Origin: a bacterium
GTDB taxonomy: Bacteria; J088; JAWLBW01
Reading direction: 5' to 3'
NCBI GenBank assembly: GCA_041690355.1
Contig: JAWLHK010000027.1
Span: 1-61,830, forward strand
DNA length: 61,830 nucleotides
Shown: positions 45,560-54,149 of the stretch, in pieces
Layout: each line of letters starts with the position of its first letter
How positions within the stretch are numbered: the first letter of the stretch is position 1
The notes under the pieces: model-generated
The model's database searches: none
What the model saw: the letters and a program-made list of their open reading frames with translations, nothing else
What the model was told of the DNA's origin: nothing
Position numbers and translations under genes: made by a program

Positions 45560-46135
45560 ATGCCCCTGCTCACGCTGGTTCAGACCGCGCTGCTCGCCGC
45601 CTCCTTCCAGATCGGCGCAACCGCCCCGACGATCGGCTTCGAAGACATCCACGGGAACAAGGGGTCGAGCGCTGCCTTCGCCGACCGGGTCATCATCTAC
45701 ACGTTCGCCGACCGCGACAGCTCTGACGCGCTCATGGCCTGGCAGGAAGGCGCGAATCTCGAGATCGCGCTCCGTTTTCCGGCGCTCAAGCTGGCCTATC
45801 TGAATTTCGCCGACGTATCGGGCGTGCCCGGGTTTCTCCGGTATGTGGTGGAACCGATTCTGGCCGGCATCAACGAGCGGGCCACGCGCAAGCTCGAAAA
45901 GCAGTTCCAGGACGCCAAGCTTCCCCTCGATCCGGCGCAGCGTAAGTTCCACCTGATCGCCGACTGGAAGGGTGCCTACCTGAAAACCTTCGGCCTCGAG
46001 GATGCCGCGGAGTGGCGGTGCTGGGTCGTGTCGGGGGGCAGGGTGATCGGAATGATCACACCGGCGGATGCGCGTCCCGGAGACCGTCTGGCCGCCCTGC
46101 TGGCGGCGGCCGGCGAAGCGAAGTCCGCGGAATAA
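45560..46135 (+). CDS. Exported protein, possibly thioredoxin-like fold without CxxC
   Basis: Signal-like N-terminus; IGATAP....EDIHG; LIADWKG...FGL. Confidence 0.65.
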   Translation: MPLLTLVQTALLAASFQIGATAPTIGFEDIHGNKGSSAAFADRVIIYTFADRDSSDALMAWQEGANLEIALRFPALKLAYLNFADVSGVPGFLRYVVEPILAGINERATRKLEKQFQDAKLPLDPAQRKFHLIADWKGAYLKTFGLEDAAEWRCWVVSGGRVIGMITPADARPGDRLAALLAAAGEAKSAE

Positions 46136-46186
46136 AAAGACCGACCTGTACAAGGCCGGCCGGAAGTGTTTGAGCGGCGATCGCAG

Positions 46187-46369
46187 TCAGATCTGTCGAT
46201 GGCGGGAGGCGCGGCGCACGGCGTGCATGTTCCGCACGAAGTCGAGCTCGTACTGTTCAGCCTCGGCAATCAGTTCTTCGCCGACCGTGGCAAGTCCGGG
46301 GGCCTTGTCGGCATCCTTCGGATAGGGGGTCTCGAGCGGGGTGAAACGGGGGAGTTCAAATCTGGCCAT
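46187..46369 (-). CDS. Small hypothetical protein (60 aa)
   Basis: GGAGG RBS before ATG 46369; GC3-biased codons. Confidence 0.55.
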   Translation of the reverse strand: MARFELPRFTPLETPYPKDADKAPGLATVGEELIAEAEQYELDFVRNMHAVRRASRHRQI

Positions 46370-46506
46370 CGGTCCTCCGTCGGTTAGGGGTCTGTCCCTC
46401 CCGCCCGTATCATAGATCACACCCGTGTCACGCGCAATCCGGATGTGCAATTTTTGTGTCTCCTTTGCCGCCTGATGGACTTCGGAGAGCAGATTTCCCC
46501 GGGAGT

Positions 46507-46638
46507 TCAGGGGGTTACGCCGGCGGAGCCGTCGGGATGGGGGGCCGCGCGCTCGAGCGCCATCATGAGCAGTACGGTGCTCATGCCGAAGACGAAAAGA
46601 AAGCCGGTCACTCCCGCTTGAGCCAGGTTGCGAAGCAT
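46507..46638 (-). CDS. 43-aa single-TM small protein (below the ORF track cutoff)
   Basis: GAGGA RBS; MLRNLAQAGVTGFLFVFGMSTVLLMMALERAAPHPDGSAGVTP*. Confidence 0.5.
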   Translation of the reverse strand: MLRNLAQAGVTGFLFVFGMSTVLLMMALERAAPHPDGSAGVTP

Positions 46639-46680
46639 GATTTTCCTCGGTTTTTCGTCATGATCGTTCCCCGGGATTAC

Positions 46681-46905
46681 CGCTCACCCTGAGGTCTGCC
46701 GGGAACCGTTCGCCCCGAGCTTGTCGAGGGGCCAGAATGTCTTCGCGACCTTGCTCATAGCAGGAGCCAATTCCGGGTTTTTTCGTTCTCGAACATGCTG
46801 CTCACGTGGCGCTGGGCCTTCGAGACGCCGGGCTCGACAGCCTGGCGAGACGATGCCGCCGATTTGAACGCCGATTTCCAAGGCCCGGCTCCTCAGGCCG
46901 AACGG
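46681..46905. repeat. REP-like element related to family D
   Basis: ccgttcgccccgagcttgtcgagggg at 46706 and ctcaggccgaacgg ending at 46905 form inverted ends. Confidence 0.65.
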
Positions 46906-46947
46906 TAACGCGCTGAAACTGTTTTGGACAGAACTGCGAATAAATAG

Positions 46948-47919
46948 TCACAAGCGTTCCGTCACCGCCAGCACCCGCTCCGTCACGCCTGCCGCCCGGC
47001 CCATGACGCCATTCAGGGTCTGCTGCCAGCGGGGCGTCGCCTGCGGATCGGGGGGGAAGAGGAGATCGATGCTGCGCTCGTTCACCTCGTGCAGCCACGG
47101 CGGCGCGCGGAACAGCCCGGGCAGCTCGTTGCGGAAGTGCCCCATCTGCGTCATCAGCTCCACCTGCTTGGCCAGGCCCTGGTGGAAGGAGGCGTTCGTG
47201 TCGATGCCCAGCGTATCCATGGCGTCCCGCACGAGGATGGAGCCCCAGAGAATGAACGTGTTGATCTTGATCTGGAACGCCTGCAGCTTGAGCCCCTCCC
47301 ACCGGGTCAGCTTGGAGAGCAGCTTCGGCAGGTACATCACGCCGAGACCGACGTGGCGCGCTTCATCCCGCTCGAAATAGGGCATGAGTTCGCACAGCAC
47401 CGGTTCGACGCCGCTCTTCGCGACCGCCTTGAAGAGGTTCACGGCCACGTTCTCGACGAGCAGCTGCATGCCGAGCAGCTTGTAGACGAGCGACGGGGTC
47501 TCGAGCAGATCGAGCAGCACCGCCCGGGTGAATGCGTCGACGGGGGGGAGCTCGATGTCGAGGGCGAGCAGGTAGTCGCGCATCGTGTAGAAGTGGCGCG
47601 CCTCGTCGAAGACCTGCCCCGAGGCGGCCATCTTGGCCTCGACATCCTCCAGCTGTTCTGCCAGGTCGGCGCTGATGGTCCAGGCGGCCAGTTCGCCCCA
47701 GAGAATGATCGTGAACACCTGGCCGATCGCCTTCTTCTTCTCCGGGGGGATATCAATGCGTCCGCCATTTCGCGCGAGCGCTTCGCGGAGGAGGGCCCGC
47801 CCGTCCCAGGCCAGCTGCTGCCCCTTGTGATACAGCCGCTCGAGCCGGGCGTGCTGCTGCTGCGCCTCGGCGAGGTAGTCGCGCTCCATCAGGCGGTACG
47901 GGGGAAATGTGCGGTTCAT
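46948..47919 (-). CDS. Ferritin-like di-iron protein
   Basis: GELAA...DEARH and VENVA...DEARH paired carboxylate/His motifs. Confidence 0.88.
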   Translation of the reverse strand: MNRTFPPYRLMERDYLAEAQQQHARLERLYHKGQQLAWDGRALLREALARNGGRIDIPPEKKKAIGQVFTIILWGELAAWTISADLAEQLEDVEAKMAASGQVFDEARHFYTMRDYLLALDIELPPVDAFTRAVLLDLLETPSLVYKLLGMQLLVENVAVNLFKAVAKSGVEPVLCELMPYFERDEARHVGLGVMYLPKLLSKLTRWEGLKLQAFQIKINTFILWGSILVRDAMDTLGIDTNASFHQGLAKQVELMTQMGHFRNELPGLFRAPPWLHEVNERSIDLLFPPDPQATPRWQQTLNGVMGRAAGVTERVLAVTERL

Positions 47920-47976
47920 GGCGCCTCTGCTCCAGCCTAGTGCAGACCCGCCGGGAAGGAAACGGGGGAACACTTC

Positions 47977-48103
47977 AATTTACGATTGACGATTTACAAT
48001 TGACGATTTATTCAAGTGACGAGTGACGAGTTACGAGTGACGAGTTTCCGGCAAGGGCCAGGATCACCACATCCTTGTTGCTTGGCGCTTAGTGCTTGGC
48101 GCT
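47977..48103 (+). repeat. (ATTGACG)n tract plus composite heptamer element, copy 4
   Basis: atttacg attgacg atttaca attgacg; agtgacg agtgacg agttacg agtgacg; ttccggcaagggccagga; gcttggcgcttagtgcttggcgct. Confidence 0.88.
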
Positions 48104-48142
48104 GTCCCGAAGGATGTGCGGGTCGCCGGCCCGTTCCGGCTC

Positions 48143-48172
48143 AAGAATCAGGTATCAGGAATCAGGAATTCA
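48143..48172 (-). repeat. (ATTCCTG)n tract containing the UbiA-family stop codon
   Basis: aagaatc aggtatc aggaatc aggaatt; stop at 48162-48164. Confidence 0.85.
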
Positions 48173-49076
48173 GCAGCAGGCTCCCCATGAACAAGTTCAT
48201 CCCCCAGGCCGACAGGCGCGTCATGCGCATGGCCGAGGCGTAATCGGCGTGCGACGGGTGGCGCCGGACCAGCATGCGCCACCAGAGAAAGTAGGCCCCC
48301 GCCGGCGCGAGGAGTACGAGAAACAGTCCAAAGCGCCACGGTTCCCCCAGCAGAAACCAGAGGGCCGCCATGGCCGCGCCGGCCAGCGCGAATGCGGCGG
48401 CCGCCGTGTTGAACGTGCCCCGGATTCCCAGCACCAGGCTGATCGTCCGATCGCCCCGCCGTGCATCTTCTTCGTGCTGGTAGACCTGGGTCAGCGGATA
48501 GTACCCGGCGAGAAACAGGCTGCTCGCGATCGCCGGCAGCCAGAAGCGGAGCCCCTCCGCGGGCGCAGCGGCCAGGCCGACCCAGACCATGGCATACGTG
48601 TAGAAGCCCTGGAAGAAGAGCACCGTGGCGTAACCGATCCACGGGCGCCGCTTGATGCGGATTGCAGGACTGCTGTAGGCGCGTGAGAACAGAAGATAGC
48701 CGCCGACGAACAGGGCGAAGCGCGGGGCGATGGCCCACGCGCCGAGAAGCGCGCCCGCTTCGCATCCCCACGTCAGGTAGAGCAGCCAGCGGTTGACCTC
48801 CGGCGGATGCTCGAGGCCGCCGATGGCCCCCTCGTCCCGGTCGTGCCAGCTGTTGTAGCCGTTCGTCGCCGGGTAGAGCAGCAGGTGCACGACGAGAAAT
48901 CCCCAGAGCAGCCGCAGCGGATCGGCCTGTGGCAGCATGCCGGCCGCAAAGAGGAAAATCGGCGCCAGGTAGACCGAGAAGGGGATGCGCAGCAGGAGAA
49001 CGGCATCCCGCATACGATTGGTCCACCGGTCTTCCGGAACCACCGGGGCCGCTTCTGTTCCGCTCATGCCGTCCAT
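48162..49076 (-). CDS. UbiA family prenyltransferase
   Basis: NGYNSWHDRDEG and YQHEEDARRGDRT Asp-rich motifs; YS.P.IRIK; multiple TM segments. Confidence 0.9.
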   Translation of the reverse strand: MDGMSGTEAAPVVPEDRWTNRMRDAVLLLRIPFSVYLAPIFLFAAGMLPQADPLRLLWGFLVVHLLLYPATNGYNSWHDRDEGAIGGLEHPPEVNRWLLYLTWGCEAGALLGAWAIAPRFALFVGGYLLFSRAYSSPAIRIKRRPWIGYATVLFFQGFYTYAMVWVGLAAAPAEGLRFWLPAIASSLFLAGYYPLTQVYQHEEDARRGDRTISLVLGIRGTFNTAAAAFALAGAAMAALWFLLGEPWRFGLFLVLLAPAGAYFLWWRMLVRRHPSHADYASAMRMTRLSAWGMNLFMGSLLLNS

Positions 49077-49236
49077 GAATCCTCCCGTTCCGTATCTTTT
49101 TCCAGTAGAGAACGCGCGCGGGCAGGGTTGCAAGCGCCGCGGGGGCACATACGCTCGGGCCGTGGGGAACGGGGACGAGAAGCCGTAGGATGGAGAAAGG
49201 AGCCTGTTCCCAGGCGCCGGCTTCAGGGAGGATTGC

Positions 49237-50367
49237 ATGGCCGAGGCTTTCGTGACTTCCATCGGTACCGCCGTTCCGCCTCATGCCATCGCGCAGGAAC
49301 GCATCGCCGACTTCATGGCGCGCATGCTGCAGATCGGCGGCGACGAGAAGATGCGCCTGCAGAAGATGTATGCCAACTCGGGCATCCGCGTGCGTCACTC
49401 GGTGATCGATGACTACGCCCGCGAACGGGGAGAATTCCGCTTCTACGCGAACACGCCCGATCTGGAGCCGTTTCCGGGGGTCGAGGCGCGCATGGCGCTC
49501 TACCGGGAATTCGCGGCTCCCCTCGCCGAAGAGGCCGTGCGCACCGCGCTGGAACACGCCGGTCTCGATGCGCGGGAACTCGACCACGTCATCACCGTGA
49601 GCTGCACGGGGATGTACGCGCCCGGGCTTGATATCGACCTGGTCGAACGGCTGGGCCTCGACGGATCCACGCGGCGGACGTGCGTGAACTTCATGGGCTG
49701 CTATGCCGCTTTCAACGGGCTCAAGGTGGCCGACGCCATCGTGCAGGCGAATCCGCGCGCGCGGGTGGCCGTCGTCTGCGTCGAGCTGTGCACGTTGCAC
49801 TTCCAGAAGCTGCCGACCATGGACCACATCGTGGCCAACTCGCTGTTCGCCGATGGGGCGGCCGTCGCCATCGTCGAAGGCGCGCCGCGTCCCGGACGAA
49901 TCAACCTTGCCCTCGACGCCTTTCACGCCGAGCTCGCGCCCGACAGCAGGGGGCACATGGCGTGGAACATCGGGGATACGGGCTTTCTGATGACCCTGAG
50001 CCGCTATGTGGCCGATCTGGTCGAAGGGGGGATCGGCGCGCTTACCGAGTCGCTGCTCTCGCGGGCCGAGATACACCGCTCGGCCATCGGCCACTGGGCC
50101 ATCCATCCGGGGGGACGCCGGATCCTCGACGCCTGCCGGATGGAACTGGGGCTCGACGAAGCGGATCTGCAGCATTCCCGCAGCGTGCTCCGGGACTACG
50201 GGAACATGTCGTCGGCCACGATCCTGTTTGTCCTCGAACGGCTGCTTGAGGATCTGCGCCGCCGTGACGCCGCCGACGGCGAACGGGTCTTCGCCGCGGC
50301 CTTCGGTCCCGGGCTCACCATGGAGTCGGCCGTGCTGCGTGTCGTGCGGCCGCATGCCGACGCCTGA
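49237..50367 (+). CDS. Type III polyketide synthase
   Basis: Catalytic triad FMGC, HPGG, GNMSS; VSCTG; ELCTLH; LFADGAA; AFGPGLT.E. Confidence 0.97.
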   Translation: MAEAFVTSIGTAVPPHAIAQERIADFMARMLQIGGDEKMRLQKMYANSGIRVRHSVIDDYARERGEFRFYANTPDLEPFPGVEARMALYREFAAPLAEEAVRTALEHAGLDARELDHVITVSCTGMYAPGLDIDLVERLGLDGSTRRTCVNFMGCYAAFNGLKVADAIVQANPRARVAVVCVELCTLHFQKLPTMDHIVANSLFADGAAVAIVEGAPRPGRINLALDAFHAELAPDSRGHMAWNIGDTGFLMTLSRYVADLVEGGIGALTESLLSRAEIHRSAIGHWAIHPGGRRILDACRMELGLDEADLQHSRSVLRDYGNMSSATILFVLERLLEDLRRRDAADGERVFAAAFGPGLTMESAVLRVVRPHADA

Positions 50368-50395
50368 GGGGAAGGCAGGAGGGAAGGGGAGGAAG

Positions 50396-51535
50396 ATGGG
50401 CATCGGAAATGAGGCCGACGTGGCCATCGTCGGCGGGGGACTGGCGGGGCTCACGGCCGCGCTGGATCTGGGCCGCCGCGGGTTGCGGGTGGCCCTCTTC
50501 GAACAGAAGCACTACCCGATGCACCGGGTCTGCGGGGAATATGTCTCGAACGAGGTCCTGCCGTACCTGGAATCGCTCGGCGTTCATGTCTCCGGCCTCG
50601 GCGCCCACCCCGTGCACCGCCTCTTCGCCACCGGCTGTGACGGAGGCGAAACCTGGTCGGCGCCGCTACCCCTGGGCGGATTCGGGCTCAGCCGCTACGT
50701 GTTCGAATGGCATCTGGTCGAACAGGCCCGCGCGGCCGGCGTGCGGATTTTCGAGCGCACCCCCGTGCGCACCTTCGGCCCGGCCGGCGAGCGGATGCGC
50801 GTCGTGACCGAGCAGGGGGGCGAGTGGCATGCGGCCATGGTGCTCTGCGCCACGGGTAAACGGTCGCGCCTCGACCGGCGCCTCGACCGGCGGTTCATGG
50901 ATCGGCCGACGCCGTGGATGGCCGTCAAGTACCACGTCCAAGGCGGCGCCGAGCCGGGGGTCATCGCGCTGCACAGCTTTGACGGCGGGTACTGCGGGGT
51001 CGTCGGTATCGAGGGCGGCCTGGCCAACGTCTGCTACCTTGCGCACGAACGGAATCTGGGCGACGGCATTGCGGCCATGGAGCGTGAGGTCCTGTCCCGA
51101 AACCCCTGGCTTGCCCGGCTCTTCCGCGGCGCGCAGAAGATCGATCCGCGGCCGCTGGCCATCGCGCGCATCTCCTTCGCCGACCGGAGCGCGACCGAAA
51201 ACCATGCCCTCATGGTGGGCGATGCGGCCGGGCTGGTGACGCCGCTGTGCGGCAACGGCATGGCCATGGCCATCGGCGCCGCCCGTCTCGCCGCCGAGTC
51301 TGCGGCCGCCTTTCTCCAGGGCGCCTGCACGCGAGCGGAGTGTGAACGCGAATACGCCGCCCGGTGGCGCAAGGCCTATCGCACGCGCATTCTCGCAGGC
51401 CGACTGCTACAGCCGCTCATGGGCGAGCCCCGGGTAACCGATCTGGCGCTGCGCGTCCTGCGGGGGATGCCCCGGCTGGCGCGGCCGGTCATCCGGGCCA
51501 CCCATGGGGCTCCCCTGCGCGTCGAACGCTCCTGA
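50396..51535 (+). CDS. NAD(P)/FAD-dependent oxidoreductase (geranylgeranyl reductase/monooxygenase-like)
   Basis: VGGGLAG; HRVCGEYVS; GDAAG.VTPLCGNGMAMA. Confidence 0.93.
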   Translation: MGIGNEADVAIVGGGLAGLTAALDLGRRGLRVALFEQKHYPMHRVCGEYVSNEVLPYLESLGVHVSGLGAHPVHRLFATGCDGGETWSAPLPLGGFGLSRYVFEWHLVEQARAAGVRIFERTPVRTFGPAGERMRVVTEQGGEWHAAMVLCATGKRSRLDRRLDRRFMDRPTPWMAVKYHVQGGAEPGVIALHSFDGGYCGVVGIEGGLANVCYLAHERNLGDGIAAMEREVLSRNPWLARLFRGAQKIDPRPLAIARISFADRSATENHALMVGDAAGLVTPLCGNGMAMAIGAARLAAESAAAFLQGACTRAECEREYAARWRKAYRTRILAGRLLQPLMGEPRVTDLALRVLRGMPRLARPVIRATHGAPLRVERS

Positions 51536-51597
51536 CAGGGCACTGACCACGGCGCAGGAATTGCGCGGGGCCGGGTACCCGAGTACACTGCCTCGTT

Positions 51598-52251
51598 ATG
51601 GCCCAATACGAAAATTTCTATCCCGATATGGCCGCCGTCGACCATTACGAGGCGACGCGGTACGCATCCCGCGATCAGCGCTGGCTCAGCCGCGAAGAGC
51701 TCGAACTGGTGGCCCAGGCGGTCGCCGCGCTGCCGGCGCCGCGCAAACGGGTGCTCGACGCGCCGAGCGGTTACGGACGCTTTTCCCCCTACCTCGCCCA
51801 GCTGGGGCTGCGCCCGACCAACGTCGACATTTCGACCCCCATGGTCGCGCGCACCGTCTCGCGCCTGGCGCAGCAGGCGGTGGCCACGACCGGCGTGACG
51901 GGGGATCTCATCGGCGGCCTGCCGTTCGCGCCCGATGCCTTCGACGGCGCGGTTTCGATCCGCATGCTGCACAACTGGCCCGACCCGGCGCACCGGCAGG
52001 CGATTCTGCGCTCCTTTGCCGCGGTCGTGCGCGACTGGCTCGTCATCACCTTCTACGATGCGCCGCCGGTCCATCGCCTGCAGTTCGGCCTGCGCCGCCG
52101 CTTCAAGCCGAGCGCGCGCCAGTCGATGGCCATGGTCCCACGGGAGCGGTTCGTCGCCGAAGCGGCCGCCGCCGGTTTCCGCGTCGAGTCCATGCGCGCC
52201 GTGCTGCCCGTGCTGCACGCGCAGACCGTGGCCGTACTGCGGCGCGCCTGA
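51598..52251 (+). CDS. Class I SAM-dependent methyltransferase
   Basis: VLDAPSGYGR; VDIS..M; LPF..DAFD....RMLH. Confidence 0.88.
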   Translation: MAQYENFYPDMAAVDHYEATRYASRDQRWLSREELELVAQAVAALPAPRKRVLDAPSGYGRFSPYLAQLGLRPTNVDISTPMVARTVSRLAQQAVATTGVTGDLIGGLPFAPDAFDGAVSIRMLHNWPDPAHRQAILRSFAAVVRDWLVITFYDAPPVHRLQFGLRRRFKPSARQSMAMVPRERFVAEAAAAGFRVESMRAVLPVLHAQTVAVLRRA

Positions 52252-52273
52252 GGCGCCGCCCGGGAGGTGCCCG

Positions 52274-53362
52274 TTGAGTCTTGCGCTCCTTCCATTCGTT
52301 GCCGGGGCCGCGGTCGCCGGGTACGCCGTCGCCGTGAACCGGCTCGCCCGCGCCGTGCGCCCGGCCGACGACGTCGTCCTTCACGAGGTGACGACAGTCG
52401 ACGGTTGGCGGCTCGGCCTGGCCGAGTATGGCGCCCACAACGGCGGGCCCGTCGTCTTTCTGCAGCATGGGCTTGCGGCCACCCACCGCGCCTTCGACTT
52501 CCACCCCCACGGCCCGAGCCCGGCTCGGGCGCTTGCGGCCCGCGGGTATCGCGTCTTTGCCGGCAATCTTCGCGGGCGCCCCTTCGGCGACGGGATTCAC
52601 ACGGGGCGCGCCGCCACGTGGACGCTCTCGGATTACTTGCTTCGCGACCTGCCCGCGCTGGTGGGGTTCATCCACGGGCGCGCCGGGCGGCCGGTCCACT
52701 GGATCGGGCACTCCATGGGCGGCATTCTCGGGCTCGCCTACACGGCGCACTTCGGCGGAGGGCAGGTGGCAACTTTGACCACCCTCGGTTCTGCGCTGCA
52801 CTACGGCATCGGCGGCAGCGTCTTCGCGAAGCTTCATCGCCTGCACCCCCTTTTGCGCTCCTTCCGGCGCATCCCCTGGCGGCTGGTGCAGCGCTGGAAT
52901 GGTCCGCTCGGCGCGCTCGGCATCTCGCCCGACGGCATGCAGTACAATCGGCGCAATATCAGCGGGCGCACGGCCGCCATGCTTTCGGCGCATGTTTACG
53001 TCGACCTGACCGTGGCCGAACTGCTCGAACTGGCGACCACCTTCGACGGCGGCGAGGGAATTCACTGCCGTGATCTCGACTGCCGGCTTCCGCAGCTGGC
53101 GGCCCGGATTCCGGTACCCTGGCTGTCGATTGCCGGGGCGGCCGACGGCCAGTGCCCGCCGGAGACCGCCCGGTGGACGTTCGAGCGCATCGACGCGCCG
53201 CGCCGCGAGTTTCTGCTCGCCGGCCGGGCGCAGGGGTTCGGGGCGGATTACGGCCACTTCGACCTCGTCTGCGGGCGGCGTGCCGACGAAGAGATCTGGG
53301 CTCCCGTGCGCCGGTTCATCGAGGCCGCCGAACCGAAGGCGGCGGCGGCCGGCCGATTTTGA
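52274..53362 (+). CDS. Alpha/beta hydrolase (lipase/PHA-synthase-like)
   Basis: GGAGG RBS with TTG start; TVDGWRL; QHGL; GHSMGG; DYGHFDL. Confidence 0.9.
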   Translation: MSLALLPFVAGAAVAGYAVAVNRLARAVRPADDVVLHEVTTVDGWRLGLAEYGAHNGGPVVFLQHGLAATHRAFDFHPHGPSPARALAARGYRVFAGNLRGRPFGDGIHTGRAATWTLSDYLLRDLPALVGFIHGRAGRPVHWIGHSMGGILGLAYTAHFGGGQVATLTTLGSALHYGIGGSVFAKLHRLHPLLRSFRRIPWRLVQRWNGPLGALGISPDGMQYNRRNISGRTAAMLSAHVYVDLTVAELLELATTFDGGEGIHCRDLDCRLPQLAARIPVPWLSIAGAADGQCPPETARWTFERIDAPRREFLLAGRAQGFGADYGHFDLVCGRRADEEIWAPVRRFIEAAEPKAAAAGRF

Positions 53363-53388
53363 CGGCGCTCGATCCCCCGTGCTATAAC
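53359..53388 (+). promoter_or_regulatory. Sigma70-type promoter
   Basis: TTGACG-18 nt-TATAAC with extended TG. Confidence 0.6.
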
Positions 53389-53436
53389 ATAGGCGCCGTA
53401 AACCCGAAAATCCGTTTCCGCATCGGAGGCAATTCC

Positions 53437-54144
53437 ATGACCACCGTGGCCACGCAGGACAAGAAAATCAAGATCCTTCTCGTCGACGACATGAGCAACT
53501 TTCTCGATCTCGAGGTGAGTTTCCTTCGTCGCAGCGACTGCGTGATCATCACGGCGAACGACGGCATCGACGCCCTGAAGAAGACGAAGACCGAGAAGCC
53601 CGACATCGTGCTGCTCGACATCGAGATGCCGCGCATGACCGGTATCGAATGCTGCCGCATCATCAAGAGCGATCCGGCCACGAAGTCGATTCCTGTCGTC
53701 ATGGTGACGAGCACCTCGAAGCGCGAAGAGAGCTTCGCCGCCGGGGCCGACGACTTCTGGCAGAAGCCGATCAACGAACTGGCTTTTCTGGAGGGGATCA
53801 AGAAGTTCGTCCCCATCAAGGAGCGCCAGGACAAGCGGGTTGCCGTCGGACTGCAGGTCGACTACCGCATCGGTGAGAACAAGGACAAGCTCGTGCAGGC
53901 CTTCACGAAGGACGTCAGCACGAGCGGCATGTTCGTCATCACGCGCGACACGCTGCCGATCGGCGTGCCGCTCGAGGTTGAATTCCGCATTCCCCCCGGG
54001 CGCATCGTAAAGGCGTCGTGCGAGGTCATGCGTGAGCTGCGCGATGAGAGCGACGGCCACTACATCGGCGGCATGGGGCTCAAGTTCGTGAGCCTCGAAG
54101 AAGACGACCGCCGGGCCCTCGAGAGTTTCATCGCGGGGAGCTGA
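53437..54144 (+). CDS. Response regulator with a C-terminal PilZ domain
   Basis: ILLVDD, LLDIEMP, KP; PilZ motifs RQDKR and DVSTSG; GMGLKF. Confidence 0.92.
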   Translation: MTTVATQDKKIKILLVDDMSNFLDLEVSFLRRSDCVIITANDGIDALKKTKTEKPDIVLLDIEMPRMTGIECCRIIKSDPATKSIPVVMVTSTSKREESFAAGADDFWQKPINELAFLEGIKKFVPIKERQDKRVAVGLQVDYRIGENKDKLVQAFTKDVSTSGMFVITRDTLPIGVPLEVEFRIPPGRIVKASCEVMRELRDESDGHYIGGMGLKFVSLEEDDRRALESFIAGS

Positions 54145-54149
54145 CCCCC

